From: Eledone cirrhosa
Taxonomy: Eukaryota
DNA length: 64,000 nucleotides
Direction: 5' to 3'
Assembly: GCA_964016885.1 (NCBI GenBank)
Contig: OZ024759.1
Coordinates: 37,014,001-37,078,000 of the forward strand
Shown: positions 59,394-64,000 of the stretch, piece by piece
Layout of the letters: each line of letters begins with the position of its first letter
How positions within the stretch are numbered: the stretch's first letter is position 1
Notes under the pieces: generated by a model
Seen by the model: only the letters and a program-made list of their open reading frames with translations
The model's database searches: none
What the model was told of the DNA's origin: nothing
Position numbers and translations under genes: made by a program

Positions 59394-59524
59394 ACTGTTG
59401 TTATATACGTATATATATATATAAAGATAAAGACCTCTCTGCTTCTGAAAGGACCATCAGGCTCTCCTCTGCACGCCACCGATGTTGTCCAAGGGAAAAC
59501 CAAAGACAGACGCCGCTTAGCGCC

Positions 59525-59660
59525 AGTGGCGTCACATGAAATGGAGCTACATTAAATAAAGTGTCTTGCTCAAGGACACGATGCATCATCTGATCCGGCA
59601 ATCAAATTCACATCCTCGCGATTGCAAGCCCAACGCTCTAACTACTAAGCCATGTGCCTT
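59525..59660 (-). mobile_element. tRNA/CORE-type SINE (SINE-2)
   Basis: Minus strand AAGGCACATGGCTTAGTAGTTAGAGCG...TTTGATTGCCGG...GTGTCCTTGAGCAAGACACTTTA (CORE-like). Confidence 0.78.
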
Positions 59661-59718
59661 TATTATATATATGTGTGTGTGTGTGTGTGTGTACTTTCAT
59701 ATATCTCTCTCTCTCTCG

Positions 59719-59756
<38 letters not shown>

Positions 59757-59832
59757 GAGATTATTTTTGTCAGCTCTAATTGGTGTTGGAACCACCGAAG
59801 TTAGAGCTAGATCTCGACATCATCTTAACAAC

Positions 59833-59883
<51 letters not shown>

Positions 59884-59937
59884 GGCATGCATGTGTGTAG
59901 ATATAGATATATATGTAGAGATATATATGTAGATATA

Positions 59938-59978
<41 letters not shown>

Positions 59979-60206
59979 ATCTACATGTGTATATATGTTT
60001 ATACTTATATATATAATTATTATCTATCTATTTATTATTATATATATAACTTACAGTAAGTACTTTTTATCCCGGACCTAGGGTTTCAAGTATACTGTGA
60101 AGATTTGTAAACATCTTTTGGTCAATTCACTAACACTAAATAGAGATGTCTGTATATGTGTTTGTATATATTTATAGAGATAGAGAGGGAAGGGGGGTGT
60201 ATATAC

Positions 60207-60245
<39 letters not shown>

Positions 60246-60387
60246 TCGTGTGTAGGGTTTGGGTGAGGGGAGGAGGGTACTGGAGATAATGATTCTGTAT
60301 CAAAGTACCAGCGTTTCTGACAGACGGCGTTGACGGAACACACTGTTTGTTTTTCGCGTGTCTCCGACGGCGCCATCTTTGACACCG

Positions 60388-60600
60388 GCACCACTGCCGC
60401 CACCACTACCACTACCCATCCTGACACCACCACCGCCACCACAACAACCACTACCAATACCGCCTTCACCAACACCGCAGCCGACACCATCATAACCACA
60501 ATCACCACTACAATCACCACCACCACCACTATCTCTCCATCATCACTACCCCCATCACCACTAACGCCACCGCCATTACTACCACCACCACCACCATCAA
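60388..60600. repeat. (ACC)n-rich trinucleotide repeat
   Basis: Direct reading. Confidence 0.9.
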
Positions 60601-60847
60601 CATGAGGTATGGTGGTATTACTATTCAGCTTTGTACCGGAATCAGCTCCGCTGTATGTATATGTATGTTGGAGACTTACATTTCCTGGTCATATCTTGAT
60701 GCTAAACGCACAAATAAACAAATATATTGGATACATGTCACCCACCCCTCTCCTACTACACCCTACACCCCCTCTCTATTTCGCATATTAGCAAGATATA
60801 CGTATATATATACACACAGACTCACACACATATATTTATATATACAC

Positions 60848-60928
<81 letters not shown>

Positions 60929-60957
60929 CAGACACGCACATATATTTATATATACAC

Positions 60958-60996
<39 letters not shown>

Positions 60997-61025
60997 GACT
61001 CACACACATATATTTATATATACAC

Positions 61026-61067
<42 letters not shown>

Positions 61068-61071
61068 TTAA

Positions 61072-61143
<72 letters not shown>

Positions 61144-61201
61144 CATACAGACACGCACATATATTTATATATACACATATGTATATATATATACATATTT
61201 A

Positions 61202-61253
<52 letters not shown>

Positions 61254-61350
61254 ATATAATGCGCGGCTGCAAAGCGAGGGAGCTGGGTAGGGATATATAT
61301 TTATATATATGTATATATATTAAGAATGAAACGAGGTTTCACATTGAGGC

Positions 61351-61395
<45 letters not shown>

Positions 61396-61601
61396 GTGAC
61401 AGAGAGGGGGGTTGTATATTATGATACTAATTCATCGAGTCAATGGAGTTTATCACTGACAAATCCACACACGCACACACACACACACACATATATATAT
61501 ACACATATATATATATACACGTCCATAAGCACACATATAAATATACATATTCATATGCATACATATATATTTATACACACACACATATATATATATGCAT
61601 A

Positions 61602-61660
<59 letters not shown>

Positions 61661-62136
61661 ATATATATGTATATATATATACACTCACATGTGGGTATTT
61701 ATCGTTCTCTTTGACATTTCCATTCGCTATAAACATGTACATATATAAAATAACAATACGTATAGTGTATTTCTATCTCTCTCTCTCTCATTCTCTCTCT
61801 CTCTCATTCTCTCTCTCTACACACATACATACATGTATGTGTGTATAAACACCAATACACTTTAAAACACTTCAATCGAGAGATGGTGTTTTTGATTATA
61901 ATGATGAAGGTGGTGGAGGGGACGTGCTTATGTATATATGTGCATGTATGCATATATACATGTATGTTTCTATGTATATATATATATATGTTTGTGTGTG
62001 TGCACATATATATACACGCGCACATAATGGTCTCTGTCTTCGAGAGAGATTATCCAGGCCGAGGAGAGTCAATTGAAACTAGATGATACAAGGCCACAGG
62101 TTTTAAACCTGGTTGCGTTGATCCGACGTGGCTTCT

Positions 62137-62410
62137 GTCTTTACTCTACAATATAGGGTCCAATATGGCCGCAGTCTTTACTCTACAATATAGGGTCCAA
62201 TATGGCCGCAGTCTTTACTCTACAATATAGGGTCCAATATGGCCGCAGTCTTTACTCTACAATGTAGGGCTCCAATATGGCCGCAGTCTTTACTCTACAA
62301 TATAGGGATCAAACATGACTTGAGTCTTTACTCAGGAATGTGCGGATCCAATATTGCAACAGTCTTTACTCTAGAATAAAGTAATCCAATATGGCCGCAC
62401 TCTTTACTAT
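62137..62410. repeat. 37-bp minisatellite, about 7 copies decaying 3'-ward
   Basis: Unit GTCTTTACTCTACAATATAGGGTCCAATATGGCCGCA. Confidence 0.93.
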
Positions 62411-62941
62411 ATTTGTCTGCTCTGTGTGTGTGTGTGTGTGGCAGTAGAAGTAGTGGTGGTGGTGAAGTTCTAGAATTAGGGTTAAGTTGGATGAAGTGGA
62501 GTTAGAATTGATTCTGAAATGCATCGGTTGCAATATAGGGTCAGCATTTTCATAGGATCAGGGACCTATGGAGAGTTTGTGGAGGGTGAGGAAGAGAGTG
62601 GGGAGGAGGAGGAGGGCTAGAAATGTCTAATAAGGAATATGAATAAATAAAAAACTAAAGAAAAAGAAAATTGAAACCGACGGAAAAAAGACAAAAAATA
62701 AAATCAGAAAGAAAATTTAAAACAAGATAAATAAGATAAGTAAATAAAAAGGAACAATAAAAAAGTGGTGATGGTGGGGTGGCGTACGTTGGGGTGTGGT
62801 GGTGATGGAGGTGTGGGTGGTGACGCTGTGTGGAGTGGGGGTGAATGCAGCATCAAAAATCGATAGAGATAGAGAAATATTGTGAAGAGCAGAGGTTTCA
62901 AGAGATGAGATATGTAGAGACTGAGGGGAATAGAAACATAG

Positions 62942-62987
<46 letters not shown>

Positions 62988-63355
62988 GGGGATAGAGAGA
63001 TTGGTAGAGAGAGGGAGAGAGAAAAAAAAGGAAAGTAAAATAAAGAGAGAAATAGAAGAGAAAAGGAAAGAGATAAAGAGAGTATTGGAAATTAGAAATA
63101 GTTGGAGGTGAAGGTGAAAAAAAACTCTGAAGAAATATGATCCAGAAGTGAATTAATTAATAGAAGTAAACAATATGGCGGTGGTATTACCCTGCTCTGG
63201 GCGGCCATTGTTATCAATTATCTGCCCTTGCAACAGATGACAGTTCAATGAATTTTACATTATATTTTATTTATTATACACCCTCAATATTTACACACAG
63301 TTTTAGCTTTATTTATATATGTATATGTATATGCGCGTTTTTGTCTATATCACAG

Positions 63356-63415
<60 letters not shown>

Positions 63416-63449
63416 TGTGTGTGTATATATGTAAACAAGAAGAACCAAT

Positions 63450-63530
63450 ATAGGGTGAAAAGCAGAACATTTTTGCTTAAACTTGAATCTGTACGAATAG
63501 CAAATATTTGGTCTACGGGTTTATATATAT
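63450..63530 (+). mobile_element. Diverged family B fragment
   Basis: GGGTGAAAAGCAG...TTGCTTAAACTTGAATCTGT...ATATTTGGTCTACGG links the family B hammerhead to its tail. Confidence 0.6.
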
Positions 63531-63542
63531 ATATAAAATTGC

Positions 63543-63616
63543 TTTGTCTGACGAACGAATGGGACGTTTCTTGTATTCGTGTTATTCGGGAAACCTCTGG
63601 TAATGAGGTAATTATA
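63543..63616 (+). ncRNA. Type I hammerhead-like fold (intact core, weak stem I)
   Basis: CTGACGA (63548-63554), stem II CGAATGG.ACG/CGT.TTATTCG, GAAA (63590-63593), stem III CCTC/GAGG, GTA triplet. Confidence 0.62.
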
Positions 63617-63709
63617 TTGTATTGTTTATTATACATTAAATTTAGCTCTGTAACTTACATAGAGCACTCTTCCCTCCTATGACTTTTTCAATTTTCAACG
63701 GAAACTTCA

Positions 63710-63751
<42 letters not shown>

Positions 63752-63873
63752 TATATATATATAAAACAAAGAGGGTGTGGTAAGATACCAGGTGGACCAC
63801 AACGCACCAGAGTACTCAATACTTAGGGTAGCTTAGTTTAGATCTAGCTGTTCGAAACGGCCAGAGCTCAGCC

Positions 63874-63974
<101 letters not shown>

Positions 63975-64000
63975 CATGTATGACCCCGACGGCTATTTCT

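Overview
AT-rich animal genomic DNA, most likely an octopod cephalopod judging by its SINE families. It looks intronic or intergenic, and I find no supportable intact protein-coding gene. Roughly half of the window is simple repeat, and nearly all long ORFs in the supplied track are translations of microsatellites or minisatellites. The rest comprises about 11 minisatellite arrays (units 25-60 bp), clustered tRNA-derived SINEs, Tc1/mariner-type and TTAA (piggyBac-type) MITEs, and decayed LINE fragments (Tx1/L1, RTE, R4/Dong, CRE, and a Penelope GIY-YIG remnant). The main unannotated signal is a set of at least 7 sequence-unrelated short elements, mostly next to TA tracts and often in palindromic or inverted pairs. 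By manual pairing they fold into type I hammerhead ribozymes resembling Penelope-like pseudo-LTRs or retrozymes. Several carry recurrent non-canonical features: a CAGAAGA (U4A) core fixed in one family, U-U at positions 10.1/11.1 in three families, and a shared downstream TATTGAGTAC-like box. All structures and family names come from reading the sequence by eye; no searches or folding programs were run. Boundaries of decayed elements are approximate.
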